Of a DNA stretch of 64,000 bases, positions 48,523 through 56,775 are shown piece by piece. Each line of letters starts with the position of its first letter. Position 1 is the first letter of the stretch. The DNA is from Desulfatiglandales bacterium (GTDB lineage Bacteria > Desulfobacterota > DSM-4660 > Desulfatiglandales > HGW-15), in contig CAXXJJ010000001.1 in NCBI GenBank assembly GCA_963667015.2, positions 2,016,001 through 2,080,000 of the forward strand, read 5' to 3'. The notes beneath the pieces are model-generated. The model did no database searches and had not been told where the DNA came from. It saw only the letters and a list, made by a program, of their open reading frames with translations. The position numbers and the translations under genes are program-made.

Positions 48523-49698
48523 ATGAAAGTTACTTTTAAATATATTTTTTCCACTATTATGTTTATTGCTGTTTTGAGTTTATTTTCATATGGGTATGCT
48601 TCTGAGCCAACAATAGGAAAAACAAGCAAATCGGATATTTCTCTTAAAAATGAAATAGACCATGCTATTGATAAAGGTTTAAAGTGGCTGAAAAGCATGC
48701 AGGATCCGAAAGGGTTCTGGTCTCAACCTGAATATCCGGCACTTTCAGGCCTTGTACTTACGGCATATATGGGCGATCCTCAAAACCGGTTTATTGGAGA
48801 CTCTCCGGAGTTCATTAAAAAAGGCTATGATTATATTTTGAAATGTGTTCAGCCCGATGGCGGAATTTATGTTACAGGATTAGGTAATTATAATACCTCT
48901 GTTTCCTTGATGGCGTTGCACGTTGCTAAAAATCCCGGTTTTGAAGATGTAATTAAAAATGCCCGAAATTATCTTGTATCAGGGCAGGCTGATGCTGAAA
49001 GCGGTGACGAATTTGCCGGAGGTATTGGTTATGGTGACCGTTATGAACATTCCGATATGTCTAACACCATGTTCGCGCTGGAAGCCTTATATTATACGAA
49101 ATATCTGGAACAGAATGACAAAGCAGACAATGATGAGTACAAGAAACTCAACTGGAAATCTGTAATTAAGTTTATTGGGCGGTGTCAGAATTTGCCGGGC
49201 TATAATGATCAGGATTGGGCAAGTGATGATCCTGACAATAAGGGAGGTTTTATATATTTCCCCGGAGACAGCAAGGCAGGTGAGATGACTCTTCCTTCCG
49301 GGAAAAAAGCATTGAGATCATATGGCAGCATCAGTTATGCCGGTTTGCTTAGCCTTGTATATGCTGATCTTGATAAAAATGATCCCAGAATCACTGCAGT
49401 AGTTGAATGGCTGAAAAAGAACTATACCCTGAAAGAAAACCCGGGTATGGGTGCAGAAGGATTATTCTATTACTACCATACAATGGCCAAGGCTATGGCA
49501 ATGTATGGATTGAATGAAATTACTCTTGAAAATGGCAAAACAATAGACTGGAGGAAAGATCTCGCTTTACACCTTCTTAATCTCCAGAAGGGAGATGGTT
49601 TATGGGTCAATGAAAATGGTAGGTGGTGGGAAAAAGACCCGGTTCTTGTTACCAGTTATGCGATAATTGCTCTGGAAATACTGTACCGGGGATTATAG
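48523..49698 (+). CDS. Exported prenyltransferase/squalene-oxidase-repeat (terpene-cyclase-fold) protein
   Basis: Sec signal; AIDKGLKWLKSMQDPKGFW, VQPDGGI, GGIGYG...SDMSNT, LQKGDGLW QW-type repeats; no DxDD motif. Confidence 0.82.
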   Translation: MKVTFKYIFSTIMFIAVLSLFSYGYASEPTIGKTSKSDISLKNEIDHAIDKGLKWLKSMQDPKGFWSQPEYPALSGLVLTAYMGDPQNRFIGDSPEFIKKGYDYILKCVQPDGGIYVTGLGNYNTSVSLMALHVAKNPGFEDVIKNARNYLVSGQADAESGDEFAGGIGYGDRYEHSDMSNTMFALEALYYTKYLEQNDKADNDEYKKLNWKSVIKFIGRCQNLPGYNDQDWASDDPDNKGGFIYFPGDSKAGEMTLPSGKKALRSYGSISYAGLLSLVYADLDKNDPRITAVVEWLKKNYTLKENPGMGAEGLFYYYHTMAKAMAMYGLNEITLENGKTIDWRKDLALHLLNLQKGDGLWVNENGRWWEKDPVLVTSYAIIALEILYRGL

Positions 49699-49741
49699 AA
49701 TATATAAGCTCAAAAAATATTTTTCCTGAAGATGTCTATAT

Positions 49742-50635
49742 TTGTATATATGGTGTAATGTGCTGAGAAATAAAATTTATACTTATCTTCAACTCATTCG
49801 ATTTCCAAATATCTTTACCTCTCTGGCAGATAGTTCTGCCGGATATCTGATAGTTGCAGACAGAATTGATATTCCAATCCTTATCTGCCTGTCACTGGTA
49901 TCTGCCTGCATTTATGCGGCAGGGTGTGTTTTAAATGATTATTGCGATATCGAAAAAGACAGACGAGAAAGGCCTGAACGACCTATTCCTTCCGGAAGGG
50001 CTTCAAAATTTGAAGCGATATTCCTGTTTTATATACTCTCTGTTGTCAGCCTGGTATTATCAGCATACGTAGGGACCAGGACTTTTATATCAGCCCTGAT
50101 ACTTATTATACTGGTTGTTATTTTTAGCTCAATGACCAAGGAAAGACCAGTGTCCGGACCGGTTAATATGGCATTATGCAGGTCTATGAATCTGTTTCTT
50201 GGAATGAGTGCAGTTTCGCAGTTTTCTTTGCCCGGGATATTTTTTATTGCTGTTACATTTTTATATGTTTTATCGCTTACAGTATTAAGCGATTATGAAA
50301 TGAGTGGCTCACCGGGGAAAAAAATATGGTTTGTATCTTCAGGCTTAATTGTTGTCGTGTGTTCGCTTGGATTTTTTGTAATGTTAGATGTCCTGAAAGT
50401 TGATTCAATTTTTTATATTTTTCTTCTTGTTTTTTTTATCGGTCCTTCATTTATCAAATTAATTCAAAATATTGGACCGTTAACCATAGGCAAGACCATA
50501 AAGTACCTTGTGCTTGGCATTCCGTTGCTTAATGCTGTTTATGTATCGGGAGTACAAAACTGGAGCTATGCCATCCCTGTGGCAATGTGTACTGTAGTTT
50601 CGATTTTTATTGCTCAATATTTTTATGTTACATGA
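49742..50635 (+). CDS. eboC: UbiA-family prenyltransferase, EboC-like
   Basis: LIRFPNIFTSLAD, NDYCDIEKDRRERPERPIPSGR, multi-TM; ebo context. Start could be GTG at 49760. Confidence 0.8.
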   Translation: MYIWCNVLRNKIYTYLQLIRFPNIFTSLADSSAGYLIVADRIDIPILICLSLVSACIYAAGCVLNDYCDIEKDRRERPERPIPSGRASKFEAIFLFYILSVVSLVLSAYVGTRTFISALILIILVVIFSSMTKERPVSGPVNMALCRSMNLFLGMSAVSQFSLPGIFFIAVTFLYVLSLTVLSDYEMSGSPGKKIWFVSSGLIVVVCSLGFFVMLDVLKVDSIFYIFLLVFFIGPSFIKLIQNIGPLTIGKTIKYLVLGIPLLNAVYVSGVQNWSYAIPVAMCTVVSIFIAQYFYVT

Positions 50636-50671
50636 TTAGAATTTAAGTATTTGTATTATATGGAGGATATT

Positions 50672-50923
50672 ATGAGTGATAGTAATAGAAAAGGTGCAGG
50701 ATCTCCTCTGGGTGCAAGCGGATTACTGGATATGTATTATCTCGAAATGAGATCCGCAATACTTGAAACTGCTGCAGTACTTGATAGAATTGAAAGTGCT
50801 GCAGGAGGAATTGAAGCATTTTCAGATGAACGTATCCAGAAAATACTCAGAGGATGTGAAATTATAAAAAACAGCAGTAAAACAAGATCCGAAGATTTTC
50901 TTAATCTGCTGTCAAAAAAATAG
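50672..50923 (+). CDS. Small helical hypothetical protein within the ebo-like operon
   Basis: ATG after GGAGG; YYLEMRSAILETAAVLDRIE; tight operon spacing. Confidence 0.7.
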   Translation: MSDSNRKGAGSPLGASGLLDMYYLEMRSAILETAAVLDRIESAAGGIEAFSDERIQKILRGCEIIKNSSKTRSEDFLNLLSKK

Positions 50924-50946
50924 AAGGATAGAAAGGAGTCATTGTA

Positions 50947-51789
50947 ATGAGAGTTATTGAGCCTCATATCCATATGATAGCAAGGACTACCCAGGATTAT
51001 GAACGTATGGCAAGAATGCATACCATCGCATGCTGTGAACCAGCGTTCTGGGCCGGTTATGATCGCACTTCAGCAAGAGCTTTTCACGATTATTTTACCC
51101 ACATATCAGAGTTCGAGCCTACAAGGGCTGCCCAATATCTTATCCAGCATTATTGCTTGGTTTGTATAAATCCAAAGGAGTCTGAGAATCTGGAGTTGTC
51201 AAGAGAGGTCATTTCATTCATTCCGGAATTTCTTGATAAGCCAACTGTACTGGGAATAGGTGAAATAGGCCTTAATCTTAATACAAAAAATGAAATGATA
51301 ATATTCGAAGAGCAGATTGAACTGGCCATTGAAAGAGATCTTTTGGTCTGGATTCATACTCCACATTTGAATGACAAACTAAAAGGCACCAGGATGATGC
51401 TGGATTATCTGAAATCTCATGGTAAAGTCAATCCGGAGAAAATTGTATTTGATCATTCAGAAGAACATACAATCGGAATGATCCGTGAACATGGTTTTTG
51501 GTCTGGTATGACTATATATCCTGTTACGAAAAACTCACCTTCGAGAGTTGTGGATGCTATTGAAAAATATGGTATCGATCATATGCTTGTGGATGCTTCA
51601 GGGGATTGGGGGCCATCTGATCCGGGAACACTGCATGATGCTATTTTTGAAATGAGAAAACGCGGGCATAAAGATAAGGATGTTGAAACACTGTTTTATG
51701 ATAATCCTTGTTACTTTTTTAGTCAGTGTGAAAAGTTTAAGCCTGGCGCAACAAAACAAAGAGAAGAAGCATGGTCAATAGAACATTAG
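50947..51789 (+). CDS. eboB: TatD-family metallohydrolase, EboB-like
   Basis: EPHIHMIARTTQDY, GIGEIGL, WIHTPH, FDH, DASGDWGPSDP. Confidence 0.82.
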   Translation: MRVIEPHIHMIARTTQDYERMARMHTIACCEPAFWAGYDRTSARAFHDYFTHISEFEPTRAAQYLIQHYCLVCINPKESENLELSREVISFIPEFLDKPTVLGIGEIGLNLNTKNEMIIFEEQIELAIERDLLVWIHTPHLNDKLKGTRMMLDYLKSHGKVNPEKIVFDHSEEHTIGMIREHGFWSGMTIYPVTKNSPSRVVDAIEKYGIDHMLVDASGDWGPSDPGTLHDAIFEMRKRGHKDKDVETLFYDNPCYFFSQCEKFKPGATKQREEAWSIEH

Positions 51790-51810
51790 TAATAACTTTA
51801 ATATAATTAT

Positions 51811-53079
51811 ATGGGAAAAAAAATATTAATACTGCAGGTTGCCGGTCTTTCAAAAGAGGTAAATATAAATGGGTTGAGGTTTCAAAAGACCCAGAGTGTT
51901 TTCCCTGCCGTAACCTGTACTGTTCAGGCGAGTTTCAGAACTGCATCTCTGCCGTCAGATCATGGAATGATAGCTAATGGAATCTATTTAAGAGATTTGA
52001 GGAAACCTCTATTCTGGGAGCAGTCTTCCTGTCTGGTCAAAGGTAAAAGGATATGGGAAGATTTTCGGAGGCGCGGAAAAAAAGTCGCCTTACTTTTCTG
52101 GCAGCAGAGTCTTGGAGAGGATGCCGATATAATCCTTTCACCCGCCCCGATACATAAACATCATGGTGGGATGATACAGGCCTTTTACAGTAAACCTGAT
52201 AATTACTATGAGAAGCTCTGCAGGAAGATTGGAGGAAAATTCAAACTTTCCAGATACTGGGGCCCCATGGCGTCCTGGAAAGTGGGGGATTGGATAGCAA
52301 AAGCAGTTGTAGAGACCATAAAAAATAATGAGGTAGCACCTGACCTGTGCATGGCTTATCTCCCGACGCTGGATTATGATCTCCAAAGGAAATGCCCTGA
52401 TAATAAGCTGGAATATGATGAAATTCTTGCTAAGGCGGTAAACCAGTTAAATGAAATATACAGCGAAGCCGTTTCTGCAAACTATGATGTAATTATATTC
52501 GGGGATTATGATATAAAACCTGCATCAGGAGCGGTATTGCCTAATCTGGCGCTAAAGAATGCGGATCTGATGAAAGTCAGGTATGTAGCAGGTATGGCGT
52601 ATCCTGATTTTTATACAAGCAAGGCGTTTGCCGTTGTTGATCATGAAGTAGCTCATGTCTATACACAGAATGACTCAATTCAAGAGACGTATGATGTGCT
52701 GGCTAAGCTGCCCGGTGTGGGAAGGGTGTTAGACAGGGCTGCTCAACAGGAGATGGGTATCGCGCATAAAAACAGCGGTGAACTTGTAATAGCTGCTGAA
52801 CAGGGAAAATGGTTTGCGTACCCCTGGTGGGAAGGGAAGAAAAATGCCCCTGATTACTCTACACATGTGGATATCCATAACAAGCCGGGGTATGATCCAT
52901 GCGAGCTTTTCTGGGGATGGCCGCCGGGATCTGTAAGTCTTGATACGCGGAAAATTCGAGGTTCTCATGGTTTAACTGGCCCAGGGCGCGAAGTAGTATG
53001 GGCCTCGACACGGCCTTTAGAAGATAATATTAACTCACTTATCGACTTATCAAGAGCAGTCCAAAAACTGCTGGATTAG
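51811..53079 (+). CDS. eboF: Alkaline phosphatase/nucleotide pyrophosphatase-family protein, EboF-like
   Basis: FPAVTCTVQA, YLPTLDYDLQR, VDIHNKPGYDPCELF, GSHG. Confidence 0.82.
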   Translation: MGKKILILQVAGLSKEVNINGLRFQKTQSVFPAVTCTVQASFRTASLPSDHGMIANGIYLRDLRKPLFWEQSSCLVKGKRIWEDFRRRGKKVALLFWQQSLGEDADIILSPAPIHKHHGGMIQAFYSKPDNYYEKLCRKIGGKFKLSRYWGPMASWKVGDWIAKAVVETIKNNEVAPDLCMAYLPTLDYDLQRKCPDNKLEYDEILAKAVNQLNEIYSEAVSANYDVIIFGDYDIKPASGAVLPNLALKNADLMKVRYVAGMAYPDFYTSKAFAVVDHEVAHVYTQNDSIQETYDVLAKLPGVGRVLDRAAQQEMGIAHKNSGELVIAAEQGKWFAYPWWEGKKNAPDYSTHVDIHNKPGYDPCELFWGWPPGSVSLDTRKIRGSHGLTGPGREVVWASTRPLEDNINSLIDLSRAVQKLLD

Positions 53080-53094
53080 TTCGACTTTTAAAGA

Positions 53095-54309
53095 TTGGAA
53101 CATATTGGAGAAATGAATACTACAACTACGGAATGTTATAATCAAGACTTCACAATCAGGTATGAGTATCCTGTGTATTTCAGTAAAAATATTTTCAGTT
53201 ATGAAAACGAATTGCTGGCATCGGTTATTAAACGATATAACGAGGACAGAATTCACAGGTTGATAATTTTTATTGATGACGGTGTCGTAAAAGCCTTTCC
53301 TGATTTAATAGAAAATATCAGGGAGTATTTTAAAGGCCGAAGTGAAAAATTCAGCCTTATAGAAGAAATAGTTATTTTACCCGGAGGTGAGAAATCCAAA
53401 GGAAATTGGGATTCAGCACAGAAGACAATTGAAAAGATTACTGAACATCATATTTGCAGGCAGAGTTTTGTAATCGCGATTGGTGGCGGAAGCATTCTTG
53501 ATATTGTCGGATTTGCTGCAAGTCTGGTGCATCGGGGTGTGAGGCTAATTCGCATCCCAACAACTGTTCTTTCCCAGAATGACGCTGGAATAGGTGTTAA
53601 AAATGGTGTTGATGGATACGGTGTAAAAAATCTAACTGGTACTTTTGCTCCGCCCTTTGCAGTTTTGAATGATTATTCTTTTCTAAAAACGCTTGAACCT
53701 GATTACTGGTTAGGAGGTGCCTCTGAAGCCTTTAAGGTCGCAATAATAAAAGACCGCGATTTTTTTGCGTTTCTGTCAGAAAAAGCGAGTGCTTTGAAGA
53801 ATAGAGATGAGACTGTTATGGAGGAAGTCATAAAACGCTGTGCGATCCTCCATCTTGATCACATACGCACATCAGGAGATCCCTTTGAATTCGGATCCGC
53901 AAGGCCACTTGATTTCGGTCACTGGAGCGGGCATAAACTTGAGGCATTGTCCGGATATAAAATAGGACATGGACAGGGGGTATCACTTGGGATTGCTCTT
54001 GATACCCGATATGCCTTTCTTGCGGGCCTGCTCAGCGAACAGGAATCTTTTAAGATAATCGATGCTCTCTACTGTTCCGGCCTTCCTATATGGACTGATC
54101 TATTTGAAGCGATTAATGGTGATGGTGAGTTCGAGATAATTAAGGGAATAAATGATTTCCGTGAGCACCTTGGAGGTCAACTGACCATTACATTACCGGA
54201 CGGTATCGGTGCAAGAGTCGAAGTTCATGAAATGAATCTGGACCTTGTTAAACAGGCTGTAGCAGATTTAAAAATGATTTTTAAAAGAAAAAGAGCTCAG
54301 AGTGAATAG
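53095..54309 (+). CDS. eboD: 3-dehydroquinate synthase-like sugar-phosphate cyclase, EboD-like
   Basis: IAIGGGSILD, RIPTTVLSQND.G.GVKN, PFEFGSARPLDFGHWSGHKLE, FREHLGG.LTI. Confidence 0.82.
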   Translation: MEHIGEMNTTTTECYNQDFTIRYEYPVYFSKNIFSYENELLASVIKRYNEDRIHRLIIFIDDGVVKAFPDLIENIREYFKGRSEKFSLIEEIVILPGGEKSKGNWDSAQKTIEKITEHHICRQSFVIAIGGGSILDIVGFAASLVHRGVRLIRIPTTVLSQNDAGIGVKNGVDGYGVKNLTGTFAPPFAVLNDYSFLKTLEPDYWLGGASEAFKVAIIKDRDFFAFLSEKASALKNRDETVMEEVIKRCAILHLDHIRTSGDPFEFGSARPLDFGHWSGHKLEALSGYKIGHGQGVSLGIALDTRYAFLAGLLSEQESFKIIDALYCSGLPIWTDLFEAINGDGEFEIIKGINDFREHLGGQLTITLPDGIGARVEVHEMNLDLVKQAVADLKMIFKRKRAQSE

Positions 54310-55529
54310 TGCAAATATTAAATAACCCTGATATCCATCTTACTTATTGTCTTAATATTCATCCTGGAGAGACCTGGGATGAAGTGTTAAAATCAATATC
54401 TGAATATACACTTAAAGTTCGTGACCAGGTATCTCCCGTCCATCCCTTTGGTATCGGATTGCGTTTAAGCCGGATTGCTACAGATACCCTCATTGAGTCT
54501 GATAATCTCGATAGTTTTAAGACATTTATGGATGAGAATAGCCTGTATGTTTTTACGATAAATGGTTTTCCCTATGGAAATTTTCACAAAGTACACCTCA
54601 AAAAAGAAGTTTATCAGCCGGATTGGCTTACGGACGAAAGGGTTGTATACACAAAACAGCTAATACATATTTTATCGCGTATACTTCTAAAGGGGATACC
54701 TGGCAGCATAAGTACAGTGCCGATTTCTTTTAAGGCATGGATCAAAAAGGAATCTGATTTGATGAGGGCAGTTAGTAATCTTGTTATCTGTGTTTCTCAG
54801 CTAAATCAAGTTTATATCGAACAGGGTAAAGATATATGTATCGGGCTTGAGCCTGAACCCGGCTGCTATCTGGAAACCACAGACGAGACGATCTCATTCT
54901 GTAAAAACACCCTGTTGAAATATGGCAAGCCCATGCTTTCAGAAATAATAGGATGTTCAGAAGGGGATGCTGAAAAGATTATTCTGCGTCATATTGGTAT
55001 TTGTTTTGATACGTGTCATATGTCAATACAATTTGAGAATCTGTCTCAAAAAATAAGGCTTCTCAAAGAAAATGGAATCCGGCTGGCAAAGATCCAGATA
55101 AGTTCAGCTTTAAAAACAACTTATCCCCAAAAGGCAATCGATATATTGAAAACATTTGATGAACCGGTTTATCTGCATCAGGTGAAAACGAAGAATATAA
55201 ATGGTGAATATGGATATTTTGATGATTTATCGGACGCGATTGAAAATTTCAGAAGGACACCGGATAATGTCGAAGAAGCCAGAATCCATTTTCACGTACC
55301 ACTTCATTTTGATGGTGATCAAAACCTGTACTCGACCTTTGATGATTTAGATGAAAGTTTTTTTAAAGAAGTCACAAGGTGTGAGTGCTCAAACCTTGAA
55401 ATTGAGACTTATACTTTTAATGTTTCACCTGAAAAGGTGAAAAAGTTAAATGTTGTTGACAGTATTGCTGGTGAAATAAAATTAATCGTAGAAAATATAA
55501 AAAACAGCATGACCAGTCACCCTGTCTAA
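54309..55529 (+). CDS. eboE: Metabolite traffic protein EboE (TIM-barrel, xylose-isomerase-like)
   Basis: HLTYCLNIHPGE, TINGFPYGNFH, KEVYQPDW, LEPEPGC, RIHFHVP, LEIETYT. Confidence 0.88.
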   Translation: MQILNNPDIHLTYCLNIHPGETWDEVLKSISEYTLKVRDQVSPVHPFGIGLRLSRIATDTLIESDNLDSFKTFMDENSLYVFTINGFPYGNFHKVHLKKEVYQPDWLTDERVVYTKQLIHILSRILLKGIPGSISTVPISFKAWIKKESDLMRAVSNLVICVSQLNQVYIEQGKDICIGLEPEPGCYLETTDETISFCKNTLLKYGKPMLSEIIGCSEGDAEKIILRHIGICFDTCHMSIQFENLSQKIRLLKENGIRLAKIQISSALKTTYPQKAIDILKTFDEPVYLHQVKTKNINGEYGYFDDLSDAIENFRRTPDNVEEARIHFHVPLHFDGDQNLYSTFDDLDESFFKEVTRCECSNLEIETYTFNVSPEKVKKLNVVDSIAGEIKLIVENIKNSMTSHPV

Positions 55530-55641
55530 CTCAATTAATCGAATTAAAGTAAATATATTATTGGGTAGGCAACTGTATGAAAGATCTGTTTGAGAACAGT
55601 GGTGTGTAAAAATTATCACTAAAAATCTTTTAAAAAAATAA

Positions 55642-55670
55642 TTGACACCTGTGTCAAAATTTCCTATATT
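55642..55670 (+). promoter_or_regulatory. Sigma70 promoter with palindromic operator over the -35 box
   Basis: TTGACA-N17-TATATT; TTGACAC-CT-GTGTCAA palindrome at 55642-55657. Confidence 0.65.
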
Positions 55671-55936
55671 GGCAACTGTAGCAAATCCCATCGATTTACC
55701 ATGTTTTAATTCACACTAATTTACACCTATAGCTTATTTCCTCTTTTGTGGATACAAACCTCCATGCCGTCAGTCGGTTAATTCTGACAGGCGAGATAAT
55801 TGGGGTTTATCACCTTTGGTCATAAAGCTTTGTGTGATTTTTTGATCCTATTTTTGTAGAATTGCCGATATTTCAGAGATTTTCGAAATATTGTCTCCGA
55901 TTCTGCCAGAGCAGAAACAATATTTTTATGGATAAT

Positions 55937-56659
55937 ATGCTGAACATGAAATCTTTAAGTCATATAAAAAAATATATAGTCATTATTACAGGTTTGATGC
56001 TGTTAATTTCTATCAGTTTGTATTCACAGGAGCAGCCGTCACCTCCCAGTGAAACACAAAGAAAAGGCGCGGTACCTCCTATAAAAAAAATCGGTAAAGG
56101 TCTTTTTGAGGTTGGAGGAATCCTTATTAACAAGAATGAAATCAGTATTACCTTCCCGGCAATAATCAATATGGAGAAAGGAATAATAGAGTATGCGATT
56201 GTCAGGTCAACAGGCAAAACACATGAAAGCTTGTTGCGAACAAACATTGATCCTTTTCATCTGAATATCTGTTTTCTGCTGCTTGGTTTTAAAGGATCAA
56301 ACAATCCGTTAAACGAACAGGGGGCTTCAGAGATTCCGGGTGGGGATAAATTAGAGATATATATTTCATACAATACGGGTAATGCAAATAAAACTGTTAA
56401 AATGGACAGTTTTATAGAGAAAGAAGATGGAGAAGGGAGATCCCATGTTTCCCTGAATTGGGTGTACACTGGTTCACTTATTGTACAGGGTACCTTTCTT
56501 GCCCAGGAGCAGGGATCAATAGCTGCGGTTTACCATGATCCGACAGCCCTTATAGATCACACTACTCCGGGAGGAGATAGTGACGAGATCTGGTTTGTTA
56601 ACGGAAAAACAACGCCACATGCTGGAACACATGTAAAAGTTATTATCAAAGGGAAATAA
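55937..56659 (+). CDS. Exported YdjY-domain-like protein (second paralog)
   Basis: Sec signal; IEYAIV..TGKTHESLLRT, WVYTGS, YHDP. Start uncertain (ATG at 55928, 55937 or 55946). Confidence 0.65.
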   Translation: MLNMKSLSHIKKYIVIITGLMLLISISLYSQEQPSPPSETQRKGAVPPIKKIGKGLFEVGGILINKNEISITFPAIINMEKGIIEYAIVRSTGKTHESLLRTNIDPFHLNICFLLLGFKGSNNPLNEQGASEIPGGDKLEIYISYNTGNANKTVKMDSFIEKEDGEGRSHVSLNWVYTGSLIVQGTFLAQEQGSIAAVYHDPTALIDHTTPGGDSDEIWFVNGKTTPHAGTHVKVIIKGK

Positions 56660-56775
56660 TGCCATGTCCGTAAGGTCAGATTCAGTTTAGCAAATTAACA
56701 TATGAAGGATCAGGCGGGGTTATTACATACCTGCTCTGAAAAATCATAAATATTCAGCAAAGAGGAAAATTGAAT

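Noticed and set aside
48523..49698. Squalene-hopene cyclase (shc)
   Set aside because: It is a single domain of 391 aa with a signal peptide and no DxDD catalytic motif.
53095..54309. Housekeeping aroB
   Set aside because: The SARPLDFGHW and FREHLGG motifs and the ebo context indicate the EboD subfamily.
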